A stretch of 32,000 nucleotides of DNA from Erysipelotrichaceae bacterium (GCA_028698185.1 JAQVDW010000002.1:120001-152000), one strand, 5' to 3'; shown: positions 6,705-17,731, counted from the stretch's first letter. The notes: generated by a model from the sequence alone, not told the origin. Numbers and translations are program-made.

Positions 6705-8090
6705 TTATGCCCTCACGTCCTTCAATGAATTAAAGTTCAAAGGATTCCCGTTCTCATCCACCTGGGCCAGATTGTTGAAGCGGGAAAATTCTTTCTGGAA
6801 TTGGAGTTTCACTTCACCGGTCGACCCATTCCGGTGCTTGGCGATAATCAGCTCAGCGATATTATTTTCTTCCTGAGCTTCATCACCGATTTTCTTATAG
6901 TAATCCTCGCGATAAATGAAGGAAACGATATCCGCATCCTGCTCGATGGCCCCAGATTCTCTCAAATCCGAAAGCATCGGTCTTTTGTTTTCGCGTTGTT
7001 CAACCGAACGGGAAAGCTGTGAAAGCGACAGCACCGGGCATTTCATTTCCCGGGCCAAGGCCTTGAGTTGCCTTGAGATATCCGATACTTCCTGCTGTCT
7101 TGACTCCCTTGAAGAGGTCGAACCGGTAATCAGCTGCAGATAATCAATCAGGATCAGTTTAAGGCCGTGATGTTCATGATTCAACTTGCGGCATTTGCTG
7201 ATGATGTCATTGATTCTTATACCTGGCGAATCATCGATGTAAAGGTTGCATTTGTTGACTCGCTCGGCCGCTCCATAATATTTCATGGAATCGTGCTTAA
7301 GTACCTCTCCCGTACGCATCAGGCTACCCTCAATCTCGCCCATTGAACAGATAATCCGCTGAACGAGCTGTTCGGCAGGCATCTCGAGCGAAAATATGGC
7401 CACTGGCAAGTCCGAGTTTTCAGCTACCTGATGGGCTATATTCAAAGCAAAGGCGGTCTTGCCCATTGCGGGACGGGCAGCCAAGATGATCAGATCTCCT
7501 GCCTGGAGTCCCGATGTTATCTTGTCGAGGTCCTTGAATCCGGTCGCCACCCCGGATATCCCTCCGCTTTGTGCCTGGAGGATATTCAATCGTTCGGTGA
7601 TATTGTTGACCACGCCGCGAATCTGTTTGAAATCCCCCGCCTCCCGGCTTTGAGTCACTTCCAGAAGCTTCTTTTCAACTTCCATTATGAAATCATCAAG
7701 GTCATCAACCGGCTCATAGGATTCTTCGACGATCTGGCTGGCCTGGTAGATTATCTTCCGCAAAGTCGACTTTTCAATCAATATCTTCAGGTAATAATCA
7801 GTATGGGCCACCGTAGGTAAAGAATCGACCAGAGTAATGAGATACTCCATGCCACCGGTCTTGTCGCTCAAGCCATGATCGTTAAGATACGAATTGACGG
7901 TCGCATAATCGACACCCTGTCCTTTTGCGGCTACTTTGGCTATGGCCTCAAAAATATAGCGGTTGCTGTCGATATAGAAGTCCTCGTCTGCTGCCTGATT
8001 CAAAACCCTATTTACTACATCATTATCAATAAGCATGGCTCCAAGCAGAGCCCGTTCAGCTTCAATATCATGTGGAATTTCCCGAGCCAT
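6705..8090 (-). CDS. dnaB: replicative DNA helicase (DnaB family; called DnaC in Bacillus)
   Basis: Start is the ATG at 8088-8090 (MAREIPHDIEAERALLG), 6 nt after AGGAGG. Walker A ARPAMGKT is present, as are the RecA-like motifs. No intein-sized insertion. Confidence 0.95.
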   Translation of the reverse strand: MAREIPHDIEAERALLGAMLIDNDVVNRVLNQAADEDFYIDSNRYIFEAIAKVAAKGQGVDYATVNSYLNDHGLSDKTGGMEYLITLVDSLPTVAHTDYYLKILIEKSTLRKIIYQASQIVEESYEPVDDLDDFIMEVEKKLLEVTQSREAGDFKQIRGVVNNITERLNILQAQSGGISGVATGFKDLDKITSGLQAGDLIILAARPAMGKTAFALNIAHQVAENSDLPVAIFSLEMPAEQLVQRIICSMGEIEGSLMRTGEVLKHDSMKYYGAAERVNKCNLYIDDSPGIRINDIISKCRKLNHEHHGLKLILIDYLQLITGSTSSRESRQQEVSDISRQLKALAREMKCPVLSLSQLSRSVEQRENKRPMLSDLRESGAIEQDADIVSFIYREDYYKKIGDEAQEENNIAELIIAKHRNGSTGEVKLQFQKEFSRFNNLAQVDENGNPLNFNSLKDVRA

Positions 8091-8100
8091 ACCCAACCTC

Positions 8101-8547
8101 CTACTCTTCGATCAGATGCACCGTGATTGTCGCAATGACATCACGATAAAGTTCTACTTTAATTTTTGTATATCCTAACGCCTGGATTGGGCGTGCATCA
8201 ATCATCTTGCGCTTGTCAATCCTGATATCATGTTTCTCGCGAAGGTCCTGAACTATCTGTTTGGTTGATACCGAACCGAATGTGCGACCGTCTTTTCCCG
8301 ATTTTAGCTTGTATTCCAAAGTCAGGGCTTCGATGACTTCCTTGAGTTTTTCAGCCTTAGCCTTTCGTTCCTGCTCTTCAATTTGTCTTTGCTTTTCATT
8401 TTCCTTAACAACTTCTTTGCCATAAGCTGTTTCGATTACAGCCAGCTTATTTTTAATCAGGAAATTCTGTCCGTAACCATCGGCCACTTTGACAACATCC
8501 CCCTTTTTTCCTACTTTTTTCACATCTTCCAATAAAATTACTTTCAT
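8101..8547 (-). CDS. rplI: 50S ribosomal protein L9
   Basis: 148 aa beginning [35 protein letters not shown] overlap with the gdpP stop. Confidence 0.95.
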   Translation of the reverse strand: MKVILLEDVKKVGKKGDVVKVADGYGQNFLIKNKLAVIETAYGKEVVKENEKQRQIEEQERKAKAEKLKEVIEALTLEYKLKSGKDGRTFGSVSTKQIVQDLREKHDIRIDKRKMIDARPIQALGYTKIKVELYRDVIATITVHLIEE

Positions 8548-10511
8548 TTTTCCAAATTCCTTTCATCTAAATAATTGTCAATTGCAACTTCCAGTCTTTC
8601 CAGCACCTTTTCAATATCATTGGTTGCGAATTGGGCTGCCGCCATGGTGAAATGGCCACCGCCTCCCATGTTCTCGCAAATGAGCTGGACATTGATGTTC
8701 GATGTCGAACGGGCGGAAACCGCGACTTCATTATCGTCATCTAGACCGACCACGAAAACGGCATCGATATCCGAGATTTGCATCATATCATTACCGACCT
8801 GGGCGAGGATGGTCCGGGTGACAATCTGGTTGTCATCGGCAAAGGCAATCAGTATGTTTTCTTTATACAGATAGCTGTTTGACTTGATATTTATTTTTGT
8901 TTTGACTGTGAGATAGTCGTCTTGAAGCAGATCATAAGCCCCCTTGATGTCGGCTTGCATTTCTTTCAATGTGGCCGCAATCTCAAAAGTCCTGCTAGTC
9001 ACCCGGTTGTTGAAAAACGAGGTGTCAATCAACAAACCGGTATACATGATTGTCGCCTCACGTTCCGTGATTGTGATTTCTTCCTTGAAGTACATCATCA
9101 GTTCGACAGTCAGCTCGACAGTTGAACTCGCGGCCGGCTCAAGATAGGTCAGGACCGGAGCGTTCACAAACTCCTCGGAACGGCGGTGATGGTCGATAAC
9201 CACCCGATTTTTAACAGCACGGAGGACATCCTTGGAAATCGCCAGCGATGGTTTGTGGTTGTCGACATTTATCAACAACGTCCCGTTCCGATTCAATTCC
9301 AAAGCGGTGCTTGGACTGATGAAGACATCACTGTAGTAGGGATCTTCAATCAACTCCTTGTATACCGGAAGGACCTTCTCCTCGAGAGAATTAGCATCGA
9401 TTATGATATGCACGTTTTTCGCGAAGGTCCTGCATATCTTGTAGAATGCCAGCGAACTCCCGAACGAATCGAAATCGGATATGACATGGCCCATGATATA
9501 GATATTGCTGGCCTGCTTAACCAGTCCCTTCAATGCTTGGGCGATAACCCGGGCCTTGATCCTTGACGATGATTCGCCAACAGCCAGGTTTCCCCCGAAG
9601 TATCGCACTTCCTCATCCTTTGTTTTGACGGCGACCTGGGCCCCACCCCGGGACCGGGCCAGATTGATGGCGTTTATCGCCATGTCATCGAGCTCCCGAA
9701 CTGCGGTTGCCTGCCGGCCGATTCCCATAGACAAGGAAAGTACAGCATCATAATCATCCGCGAGGGCATTGACATCATCGATAATCTTGAACTTGTCGGA
9801 AATCATCTTATTGTATATCCGTTCATTGAAGAAACCGAAATACGTATCTTCCTTATACTGTTTCAATGCGATGTCATTGGCGTCGGCCCAATCAACAATC
9901 ATCTCCCGCAGTCGCGATTGGAGCATTGTCGCATTTCGCTCGTCGAGCGAATTGAACACGTCTTCATAGTTGTCGATCGACGCGTAGATGATGCATATTT
10001 GCTGGTCAAAAAAATCGTTTTCCAATGTGAAAAAGTCGGTGATGTCCTTAAGATAAAGGATTCTCTTGCTGTGATCGTTATATACCTCGAATTTATGGCC
10101 CCTGATGTCGATTACGGTTGTCTCATCCTGATTCTCGAACAGCTTGGCGAGCTTCGGTTGCCATTCAATGATCTTCTTGCCGTTGACAAAGGCCCCGATA
10201 CTTTTGAATATGTCGCTGCTCCATTCGATATTCCGGCTTTCATCATAATGGATGATTCCTAATCCGCCGTACAGGAAAAGATTCTCGGCCTCCTCATTGA
10301 CCGCCTCATAGATGTCGACAGTTTCCCGCAAAAGCAGATTGGAAGTGACGATTGCCAACATGCTGATGGCAACCGAATAGATGGATACCATAATCAAAAT
10401 GGTCATCGAAGTGTACGACTGAACTATAATTTGTGAAATTACGGCTACGGCCAGGGTGACCAAAACCCCCATCATAATTATATTCCGCGCCAAAATTATT
10501 CTTTTTGCCAT
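8544..10511 (-). CDS. gdpP: cyclic-di-AMP phosphodiesterase GdpP (YybT-type DHH/DHHA1 protein)
   Basis: 655 aa with two N-terminal TM helices, a PAS-like and degenerate GGDEF region, the DHH motif (VIDHHRRSE) and the DHHA1 GGGGH motif. yybS-gdpP-rplI-dnaB synteny. Confidence 0.9.
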   Translation of the reverse strand: MAKRIILARNIIMMGVLVTLAVAVISQIIVQSYTSMTILIMVSIYSVAISMLAIVTSNLLLRETVDIYEAVNEEAENLFLYGGLGIIHYDESRNIEWSSDIFKSIGAFVNGKKIIEWQPKLAKLFENQDETTVIDIRGHKFEVYNDHSKRILYLKDITDFFTLENDFFDQQICIIYASIDNYEDVFNSLDERNATMLQSRLREMIVDWADANDIALKQYKEDTYFGFFNERIYNKMISDKFKIIDDVNALADDYDAVLSLSMGIGRQATAVRELDDMAINAINLARSRGGAQVAVKTKDEEVRYFGGNLAVGESSSRIKARVIAQALKGLVKQASNIYIMGHVISDFDSFGSSLAFYKICRTFAKNVHIIIDANSLEEKVLPVYKELIEDPYYSDVFISPSTALELNRNGTLLINVDNHKPSLAISKDVLRAVKNRVVIDHHRRSEEFVNAPVLTYLEPAASSTVELTVELMMYFKEEITITEREATIMYTGLLIDTSFFNNRVTSRTFEIAATLKEMQADIKGAYDLLQDDYLTVKTKINIKSNSYLYKENILIAFADDNQIVTRTILAQVGNDMMQISDIDAVFVVGLDDDNEVAVSARSTSNINVQLICENMGGGGHFTMAAAQFATNDIEKVLERLEVAIDNYLDERNLEK

Positions 10512-10513
10512 AA

Positions 10514-11080
10514 TTATCTTCCTTTTTTGTAGTGTCGTTGTAACTTCATTAATACAAACCGCGAGTAGTTGTTTATTATCACACTTTCCATGACCGCGAC
10601 CAAAACGAGTGTCGCTAGATACACGACCATCACCTTGTCCTGCCCAAATCCCAGCATCACTGTCAGCTCCTGGGCTTCCTGGATGCCGCTTTGCAAAAAC
10701 AGCTCTCCCATAACCAAGAAAATGATGATGTTCTTGACTGTCGCCAGGGCGCCAATTGCCAGCAGGCAGCGGTAGTATGCATAATTTCGTTTCATCATTT
10801 GGGCCAAGAATGCTCCCAAAACAATTGTAAAAAGGGAGTAGCCAGCGAAAAACAGATTTCCAATCATAGCCAGGACCAGAAACAATGCCAGGGCACTCAA
10901 CAATCCTTTGGCCATGGTGAAATTATAGGCATAAAGCATAAGACCCAATGTCAGGATATAGATAAGGATGATATCAAAAAAACCGCCGGAAAACAGATTG
11001 AATAGCCCGAAAACCGCTCCGATTCCTACATACATCGAGCCATATGTGATTGATAGAATTTGATTGCGCAATTTATCCAC
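10514..11080 (-). CDS. YybS-like (DUF2232) integral membrane protein
   Basis: Polytopic hydrophobic ORF upstream of gdpP, as in Bacillus. The annotated GTG start overlaps the SD AAGGAG. The in-frame TTG at 11069-11071, 8 nt after the SD, is a likelier start. Confidence 0.7.
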   Translation of the reverse strand: MDKLRNQILSITYGSMYVGIGAVFGLFNLFSGGFFDIILIYILTLGLMLYAYNFTMAKGLLSALALFLVLAMIGNLFFAGYSLFTIVLGAFLAQMMKRNYAYYRCLLAIGALATVKNIIIFLVMGELFLQSGIQEAQELTVMLGFGQDKVMVVYLATLVLVAVMESVIINNYSRFVLMKLQRHYKKGR

Positions 11081-11120
11081 TCCTTATCCATTATAGCGAA
11101 AAATGGGGGCAAAAACAATT

Positions 11121-11150
11121 ATAAAGAAAAGCCTAGGCTTTTGCTAGGCT
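11121..11150 (-). terminator. terminator of the GH36-like gene
   Basis: Minus strand reads AGCCTAG caaaagc CTAGGCT TTTCTTTAT. Confidence 0.65.
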
Positions 11151-11157
11151 AAATCGC

Positions 11158-12765
11158 TCACTTCATTGCTCCTGTATTCAAATCGATATCGACAATGTGG
11201 CAGTTCGAATCGCCGACATACTTTACAATGGCATGTGATTTATGAGTCACCACCCGGACTTGCTTATAGGTCTTGTTGAATGCCCCATAAAGATCCGTTA
11301 TGGCTTGGGTTGGAATTAGATTCAAATCCTCACTCACAAATACGACGGAATCGAAAACGTTGTTAACGAATTGCAGCGTCTCCTTTTGCGAAGACGAAAG
11401 TTGGGTCATGTCGTTGAGAACCACAACATCACTGCAGCTTGCCAGACCGCTTTTGGACAGATGTCTGCGGTAGATCGTACTTGCTATGGCATTTTTTGTC
11501 GAGATTCTTTCGCGTTGGAGATACCTTGAAATGCCCTTGCCGTCATAATCCTTGCCGATATTGCAACTCACCTGGACGACATCGACATGTCCGATCGCCA
11601 AAAACGGCGGAATCTGGCAGGCGATGATGATCTTGTCTTTAAGGCATTCACGGACAAATTTCATGGCCATATCGATGAGCACAGCTCTTGATTTGGATGT
11701 CTTGGCCAATCCGGCCGCATAGAGGAAATCGAGTTTGAAAATATCAAACCCAATCTCAAGATAATAGTCAAAGACGCTGCGAAGATAATCCTTGACCGGG
11801 GTAAGTTCGAGATTCAATGGATAGTGGCCACCCCACTCGATGCCCGATCTGGCATCTAAGATGAACCAATCGGGATGATTGGCATAAAGCTCGCTGTCGC
11901 CACTGGCTACAAACGGAGCCAGGTAAATGCCGGCCTTGATGCCTAGTTCATGAATCATGGTGACCGCCGGATTTAGCCCATCGGGAAATTTTTCCATGTC
12001 GGTTTTGAGCCAGTCGCCTATTTTGCTTTGATGCCCCTCGTCAATTATGAAGGCATCAAATGGAAGCGAGTTTTCCTTGATGATTTCAATATTTTCAAGT
12101 ACAGCCTGGCTGCTTATGTTGTTGCCATAGTAATAACCGGTGCTGTAACCAAAAAGCGATTCAACCATCTTACTTTCAGCTTTGATCAGGTTGAAATAAT
12201 CATCAATCACTATCTCCTCGCCGGTTTCAATCACAACATCCAAAAGGACGGTTTCCCGATCAATTTCCAGGCCTCCAAAATCCTTCATGATGTTGATCTG
12301 ATTGATTTTGGTATTGTGTTCGAATACCGTGAATCCGTTCGATTCATCAAGCGAACCCAGCAGCTTGAAGTTCGAGGCGTTGCGGATATAGGTATAGCTG
12401 TAGCTGTGGATTATTCCGGCCCGGTTTTTGTAATGGTAGAAATCATAATCACCATAGCTCGCTAACGCATGCTTTTCGATTACCGACTTGGGGATATTGT
12501 TAAGACCACGGATTTTGCCATTGACTGGGTATTCTTTTGAGGTTGTCCATGACTGATAACCGTTTGAAAGAATGAACTCGTTTTTGTTGTAGTCGTGATG
12601 GTAAAATGCCCGGACCGAATCGATTTTCAAAGGTGCGTGGGGCTTCACTGAAATAGTGTAATTACGCTCATCTTTTACAATCGTTACTTCCAAATCATCA
12701 TCCTGGTAGGGGCCATTCAGTTTGATCATCTTTTTTTCGCCACCAAGAAAATACGTTAATTCCAT
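11158..12765 (-). CDS. glycoside hydrolase family 36-like protein (putative alpha-galactosidase)
   Basis: Start is MELTYF (ATG 12763-12765), after AAGGAG. Melibiase-type motifs are IIDEGHQSKIGDW, GIYLAPF and FKLDFLYAAG (KxD nucleophile context). It is shorter than classical GH36 enzymes. Confidence 0.7.
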   Translation of the reverse strand: MELTYFLGGEKKMIKLNGPYQDDDLEVTIVKDERNYTISVKPHAPLKIDSVRAFYHHDYNKNEFILSNGYQSWTTSKEYPVNGKIRGLNNIPKSVIEKHALASYGDYDFYHYKNRAGIIHSYSYTYIRNASNFKLLGSLDESNGFTVFEHNTKINQINIMKDFGGLEIDRETVLLDVVIETGEEIVIDDYFNLIKAESKMVESLFGYSTGYYYGNNISSQAVLENIEIIKENSLPFDAFIIDEGHQSKIGDWLKTDMEKFPDGLNPAVTMIHELGIKAGIYLAPFVASGDSELYANHPDWFILDARSGIEWGGHYPLNLELTPVKDYLRSVFDYYLEIGFDIFKLDFLYAAGLAKTSKSRAVLIDMAMKFVRECLKDKIIIACQIPPFLAIGHVDVVQVSCNIGKDYDGKGISRYLQRERISTKNAIASTIYRRHLSKSGLASCSDVVVLNDMTQLSSSQKETLQFVNNVFDSVVFVSEDLNLIPTQAITDLYGAFNKTYKQVRVVTHKSHAIVKYVGDSNCHIVDIDLNTGAMK

Positions 12766-12975
12766 ATAAATCTCCTTATGCAAATGTTGGGATGGGTTTT
12801 ATCCAGATAAAAACAATCTATTATAATAATAAACCAATACATAAAAAATTGCCAATAATTATTGAACGCGGCGGTACCGGCATGAAATTTTCGACGTATA
12901 AAGGTTACAACTTTAAAAAAATGTCGCTATTATGTCACACTAATCGAAATATTGGTAATAATTTTCCATTATCCC

Positions 12976-13004
12976 TTGTCTTTTTACTGGAGATATACTA
13001 TTAT
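12976..13004 (+). promoter_or_regulatory. candidate promoter of the SulP gene
   Basis: TTGTCT (12976-12981), 17 nt spacer, TATTAT (12999-13004). Confidence 0.5.
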
Positions 13005-13033
13005 TATTTTTTTATTTGGGAGGGTTTGACTTT

Positions 13034-14671
13034 ATGATTAATAAATACCTTAATGATTTGAAACACGAATTTAAAAATTACAACACCCAAAAGTTCACCA
13101 AAGACCTCTTTGCGGGGATCACGGTAGGGGCAGTCGCATTGCCATTGGCTTTGGCGTTTGGTACAAGTTCAGGCGCAAGTGCATCGGCCGGTCTGATCAC
13201 TGGCATTATTGCCGGTATAATAATCGGAGCCCTATCTGGTGCGAGTTTCCAAATTTCGGGACCTACAGGTGCCATGGCCGCAATCCTGATAAACGTTTCC
13301 CTGCAGTACGGTATGGAAGGAATCTTCATCAGTGCCCTTATTTCCGGAGTTGTCCTGACTGTTTTTGGTATCTTGAAACTGGGCCGGATTGTCAGTTTCA
13401 TACCCAATTCGGTAATCAGCGGCTTCACTTCCGGTATCGCCGTTGTCATTGCCAGCGGGCAGATAAACAACTTTTTTGGCACCGCTTCAACCGGCCACGA
13501 CCTTATTGGGCATATTTCCTATTTTTTCCAAAATGGGTTTTCCTTCGATTATCAGACGACCCTGATAGGCCTGGCGACGATAATCCTGATAATAATTTAT
13601 CCTAAGAAGCTCAATGAAGTGCTCCCTGGCAGCCTTACCGTGATTGTTCTTTTCATGGTATTGAACATTGTTTTCAAGTTTGATGTGGCGACTGTGGGAA
13701 TGATTCCTAAATCGCTGATGCTTGAATCTAGACTGCACCTGAACCAGGTCAATCTTGACGCCATCAATAATCTCTTCTTGCCCGGAATCTCAATTGCATT
13801 GCTCGGGATGATTGAATCACTATTGTGCGGGGCTACTGCAAGCAAAATGAAGGATGAACATTTCGATGGTACCCGCGAGCTAATCGGGCAGGGAATCGGA
13901 AACATGATAATACCATTTTTTGGCGGGATTCCCGCAACCGCGGCTATTGCCAGAACAAGCGTGGCAGTCAAATCGGGGAGCGTGACCCGGCTGACATCGG
14001 TTATCCATTCGATTTTCCTGGTTTTCGCCATGTTTGTTTTCGGCGGTTTCATCGCGAAGATACCGATGGCATCACTGGCTGCAGTCTTGATGGTGACTTC
14101 TTGGAAAATGAACGATTGGGATTTCATCATCCCGACTTTTAAAAACAGAATAGCCACCCCATTGATCAAATTCGCGGTGACAATGGCAGCCACCATCATT
14201 TTCGATCTTACCGTCGCCATCGCCCTGGGAATGTTCGCTGCCATCATCCTGTTCGCCTTGAATAACAGCCAGCTTCATATTGACATCAAAGATGTCGACA
14301 CATCAAAATTGACCGGCCTTAGCTATCATCACCAGGATACCAAGGTGATGTACTTGTCAGGGACGATCTTCTTTGGCACCCAGGACCAAATCAGTGAGGC
14401 CATAAGGGGAATCCAGGAAGGCACCAAGGCCCTGGTATTGTCAATACGAGGAGTAAGTTCGATTGATGACACCGGGATCAGCGAGCTCAAAGACATTTAT
14501 GAAAAAATGGACTCCAGCGATATCAAGGTATATTTTAGCGGCATCAGCCCAAAAGTCCGGAAAGCCTTTGACGATCACCACTTCTTAGATGCCATTCCTG
14601 CCGATCGAATCTGCTGGGATGCAATCGAAGCGATTACTCGCTACGACCAAAGCCTGGAAGCGGCAGAATAA
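13034..14671 (+). CDS. SulP family inorganic anion transporter with C-terminal STAS domain
   Basis: Start is MINKYLNDL (ATG 13034), after GGGAGG. It has a multi-TM core with the SulP-type FAGITVGAVALPLALAFG motif and a soluble STAS-like tail. Confidence 0.9.
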   Translation: MINKYLNDLKHEFKNYNTQKFTKDLFAGITVGAVALPLALAFGTSSGASASAGLITGIIAGIIIGALSGASFQISGPTGAMAAILINVSLQYGMEGIFISALISGVVLTVFGILKLGRIVSFIPNSVISGFTSGIAVVIASGQINNFFGTASTGHDLIGHISYFFQNGFSFDYQTTLIGLATIILIIIYPKKLNEVLPGSLTVIVLFMVLNIVFKFDVATVGMIPKSLMLESRLHLNQVNLDAINNLFLPGISIALLGMIESLLCGATASKMKDEHFDGTRELIGQGIGNMIIPFFGGIPATAAIARTSVAVKSGSVTRLTSVIHSIFLVFAMFVFGGFIAKIPMASLAAVLMVTSWKMNDWDFIIPTFKNRIATPLIKFAVTMAATIIFDLTVAIALGMFAAIILFALNNSQLHIDIKDVDTSKLTGLSYHHQDTKVMYLSGTIFFGTQDQISEAIRGIQEGTKALVLSIRGVSSIDDTGISELKDIYEKMDSSDIKVYFSGISPKVRKAFDDHHFLDAIPADRICWDAIEAITRYDQSLEAAE

Positions 14672-14697
14672 CATCCGGATACTGACTGACCAATTAT

Positions 14698-14740
14698 AAA
14701 ACGAGAGACCGACAGTTTCGGAATCTCGTTTTATTTTTCC
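14698..14740. terminator. bidirectional terminator shared by the SulP gene and pdxR
   Basis: AAAACGAGA ...ccga cagt ttcgg... TCTCGTTTT, with T-runs on both strands. It overlaps the pdxR stop codon. Confidence 0.7.
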
Positions 14741-16137
14741 AAAACGGCGCCAAGAATAGCGATTGCTTTGGATATTTGGTTTTTATTTATCGATGAATAA
14801 TTCAACAGGAATATATGTTCTATATCGTCCCTGCAGGCGACACTGTCATCGTAATATTGTGCCAGGCAGCTTATTTTCAATCCCATACTTCCGGCCCGTT
14901 CGATGATCTCAAAATCGGGCAAGGTCGTGGTTACTTTCAAAAGAAAATGGAGTCCGGCATCCTCTTCCATTATTGCGACATGGTCTGCCAGCTTGCTTAT
15001 CTTGATTTTCTCAATCAGCTCGTTTCGCAGATTCCGGTAATAAGTCCGCATCCGGTTTATATGCATCTCGAAATAACCGCATTCGATGAATCTTGCAAGT
15101 GTGTATTGTTCGAAATTGGATACCGTGCATGAATAAAAACCAAGATTTCGCTGGAATCTAGCCATCAAGCTGGGTGGCAGCACCATATAGCTGATCCGGA
15201 TTGTCGATGCCAGAGTTTTGGAGAAGGTGTTCATATAGATAACCTTTTCGGACTGGTCGATTCCCAGGAGTGGCGGGATCGGAGTGCCAAGTAGACGAAA
15301 TTCGCTATCAAAATCATCCTCGATTATATAGCGGTCATCCTGCTTCGCTGCCCAGCCTAGAAGTTCATACCGGCGGCTTACCGGTGTTATAATGCCTGTG
15401 GGGAAATGGTGGCCCGGCGAGATATGGACAACATTGGCCGTGGCTTTTTCAACATCCGCGATGATGATGCCCTGCCCATCCATGCCTACCGGCTCGCACT
15501 TGACCCGGTTGCTCTTGTAAATCTGGACTATTTTCTGATATCCGGGATTTTCTACGGCATATGTAAGATCATGACCCAAAAGCTGGATCAATATTCCATA
15601 AAGGTATTCCGTCCCGGCCCCGACAATCACCTGCTCGGGTTTCACCCGGACGCCCCGGAAATCAAGCAGATGGTCCGCGATTGCCTTACGCAATTGCCAT
15701 ACTCCGCCCGACGGAGAATTGGTCACCAGCTCACTTTTACACTCGTTCATGACTTCGCGCAGGAGCCTTGTCCAGGTATTGAATGGATAGTTGTCTGGAT
15801 CAACCTGGTTGCTGGTGAAATCAATCTCATAGCTGACATGATCGGCAGTTTCATGATTTTCAGGTACATCACTGCGTTTTTCGACAAGATTTGACTTGAT
15901 ATCAGCGACAAAATAGCCGCTTTTAATTTTGGAGTAGATATAGCCCTCGACCATCAGCTGGTTGTAGGCGTTCTCGATAGTGATTGTGCTGACGCTCAGG
16001 TGGCCGGCAAACGCCCTTTTTGAAGGCAATTTGGTCCCGACGGTCAAAACGCCGCTCGTAATGTCATTGCGGATTTGTTTGTATAGATACTGATAGAGCT
16101 TATCTGACCCTATATCAGCCATTGAATATGTCAACAT
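14731..16137 (-). CDS. pdxR: MocR/PdxR-type regulator (GntR HTH fused to a fold-type I aminotransferase domain)
   Basis: Start is MLTYSMADIG (ATG 16135-16137), after GGAGGTG. It has an N-terminal winged HTH (LPSKRAFAGHLSVSTITIENAY) and a large AAT-like domain. It is divergent from pdxST, the classical PdxR arrangement. Confidence 0.82.
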   Translation of the reverse strand: MLTYSMADIGSDKLYQYLYKQIRNDITSGVLTVGTKLPSKRAFAGHLSVSTITIENAYNQLMVEGYIYSKIKSGYFVADIKSNLVEKRSDVPENHETADHVSYEIDFTSNQVDPDNYPFNTWTRLLREVMNECKSELVTNSPSGGVWQLRKAIADHLLDFRGVRVKPEQVIVGAGTEYLYGILIQLLGHDLTYAVENPGYQKIVQIYKSNRVKCEPVGMDGQGIIIADVEKATANVVHISPGHHFPTGIITPVSRRYELLGWAAKQDDRYIIEDDFDSEFRLLGTPIPPLLGIDQSEKVIYMNTFSKTLASTIRISYMVLPPSLMARFQRNLGFYSCTVSNFEQYTLARFIECGYFEMHINRMRTYYRNLRNELIEKIKISKLADHVAIMEEDAGLHFLLKVTTTLPDFEIIERAGSMGLKISCLAQYYDDSVACRDDIEHIFLLNYSSINKNQISKAIAILGAVLEK

Positions 16138-16265
16138 AAGTATTTCACCTCCGAATCTGACCATCACAAGAACATGAAATCTGGCTATTTAAATATGGTC
16201 AATTATGATTATAATGGAACCATATCAGGATTGCAATGAAAATATCATTGCCCAGGAGGATGAAG

Positions 16266-17141
16266 ATGAGCAACGAAAGAAACGAACTGAACAAACAATT
16301 GGCGCAAATGCTTAAAGGCGGTGTGATCATGGACGTGACTACCCCGGAACAGGCGAAAATCGCCCAGGCGGCAGGTGCCTGTGCCGTAATGGCCCTTGAA
16401 CGAATTCCGGCCGATATCCGCAGTGCCGGCGGTGTATCCCGTATGAGTGATCCAGCAATGATCAAAAGCATTCAGGATGCGGTGACAATCCCGGTAATGG
16501 CCAAATGCCGCATCGGACACTTTATGGAAGCCAAGGTGTTGGAAGCCATCGATATCGACTATATTGATGAAAGCGAAGTGTTGTCACCGGCTGACGACAA
16601 ATACCATATCGACAAGAATGGCTTCTCGACTCCGTTTGTCTGCGGTGCCCGGGACCTGGGGGAAGCCTTGCGCAGAGTCGCCGAAGGAGCAACGATGATC
16701 CGGACCAAAGGAGAACCAGGAACAGGGGATGTCGTTCAAGCGGTCAGACACATGCGCCTTATCAACAGCCAAATCAGACTAGTCCAAAACATGCGTAAGG
16801 ATGAACTGTTCGAAGCTGCCAAAGAATTTCAGGTTCCTTTGGATTTGTTGTGCTTTGTCCACGCTAACGGAAAATTGCCGGTAGTCAATTTTGCTGCCGG
16901 AGGAATCGCAACGCCAGCCGATGCCGCATTGATGATGCACCTTGGAGCTCAGGGAGTCTTTGTGGGTTCTGGAATATTCAAATCCGGGAATCCCCAGAAA
17001 AGAGCTGAAGCGATTGTCAATGCCGTGACAAATTACCAAGATGCCAGACTTGTGGCTGAATTGTCGACTGACCTGGGCGAAGCGATGGTTGGAATCAATG
17101 AGGACGAGATCAAAATCATAATGGAGCAAAGAGGATTATAA
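16266..17141 (+). CDS. pdxS: pyridoxal 5'-phosphate synthase, lyase subunit
   Basis: Start is [10 protein letters not shown] (ATG 16266), after AGGAGG. It has the highly conserved KGGVIMDVT and the GEPGTG motif. Confidence 0.97.
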   Translation: MSNERNELNKQLAQMLKGGVIMDVTTPEQAKIAQAAGACAVMALERIPADIRSAGGVSRMSDPAMIKSIQDAVTIPVMAKCRIGHFMEAKVLEAIDIDYIDESEVLSPADDKYHIDKNGFSTPFVCGARDLGEALRRVAEGATMIRTKGEPGTGDVVQAVRHMRLINSQIRLVQNMRKDELFEAAKEFQVPLDLLCFVHANGKLPVVNFAAGGIATPADAALMMHLGAQGVFVGSGIFKSGNPQKRAEAIVNAVTNYQDARLVAELSTDLGEAMVGINEDEIKIIMEQRGL

Positions 17142-17731
17142 TGGAGATTGGCGTATTAGCCCTCCAGGGCGCGTTCATTGAACATGAAATGATGCTTGAA
17201 AAGCTTGGTGTCAGCGTCAGGGAAATTAGGCAGAAAAAGGACCTTGATAGCCAACTTGATGGCTTAATCATCCCCGGCGGGGAGAGCACGGTCATGGGTA
17301 AACTGCTTGTCGATCTTGACCTTGTCGATTCGCTTAATGAGAAAATCGGTAAAGGTCTTCCGGCCTTTGGCACCTGCGCCGGCTTAATCTTGCTGGCCAA
17401 AGAAGTGGACGGGAAGCCGGGGCTGCTGGGAACGATGAACATCTCCGCCAAACGCAACGCCTACGGCCGTCAATCAGGAAGCTTCGTCGCAACCGAGGTT
17501 TTCGCATACAAGCGTTCCGTTTTGATGACTTTCATCAGGGCCCCTTATATCGAAAGTGTTGATCATTCGGTTGAGATCCTGGCAAGAGTAGATGGCAATA
17601 TTGTCGCTGCCAGAGAGAACAACATTCTAGTAACAGCCTTCCATCCGGAACTTGACGGAGACACTTTCGTTCATGAGTATTTCCTTGACATCGTGAAAAA
17701 ATATATTGAAAGCCAAAAAAATGAAGCTTGA
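17141..17731 (+). CDS. pdxT: pyridoxal 5'-phosphate synthase, glutaminase subunit
   Basis: 196 aa with the GTCAG nucleophile elbow and FHPE. TAATG overlap with pdxS. Confidence 0.95.
   Translation: MEIGVLALQGAFIEHEMMLEKLGVSVREIRQKKDLDSQLDGLIIPGGESTVMGKLLVDLDLVDSLNEKIGKGLPAFGTCAGLILLAKEVDGKPGLLGTMNISAKRNAYGRQSGSFVATEVFAYKRSVLMTFIRAPYIESVDHSVEILARVDGNIVAARENNILVTAFHPELDGDTFVHEYFLDIVKKYIESQKNEA

Noticed and set aside
11090-11118. TTGTTT, 17 nt spacer, TATAAT promoter upstream of the yybS-like gene.
   Set aside because: The hexamers are good, but the predicted start site would fall inside the SD (11080-11085). I do not list it as a feature, and it leaves the true yybS start and promoter unresolved.
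12792-13037. ORF 12792..13037(+), 81 aa, in the GH36/SulP intergenic region.
   Set aside because: It spans the divergent promoter region and overlaps the SulP promoter and SD. It has no SD and its sequence is low-complexity.
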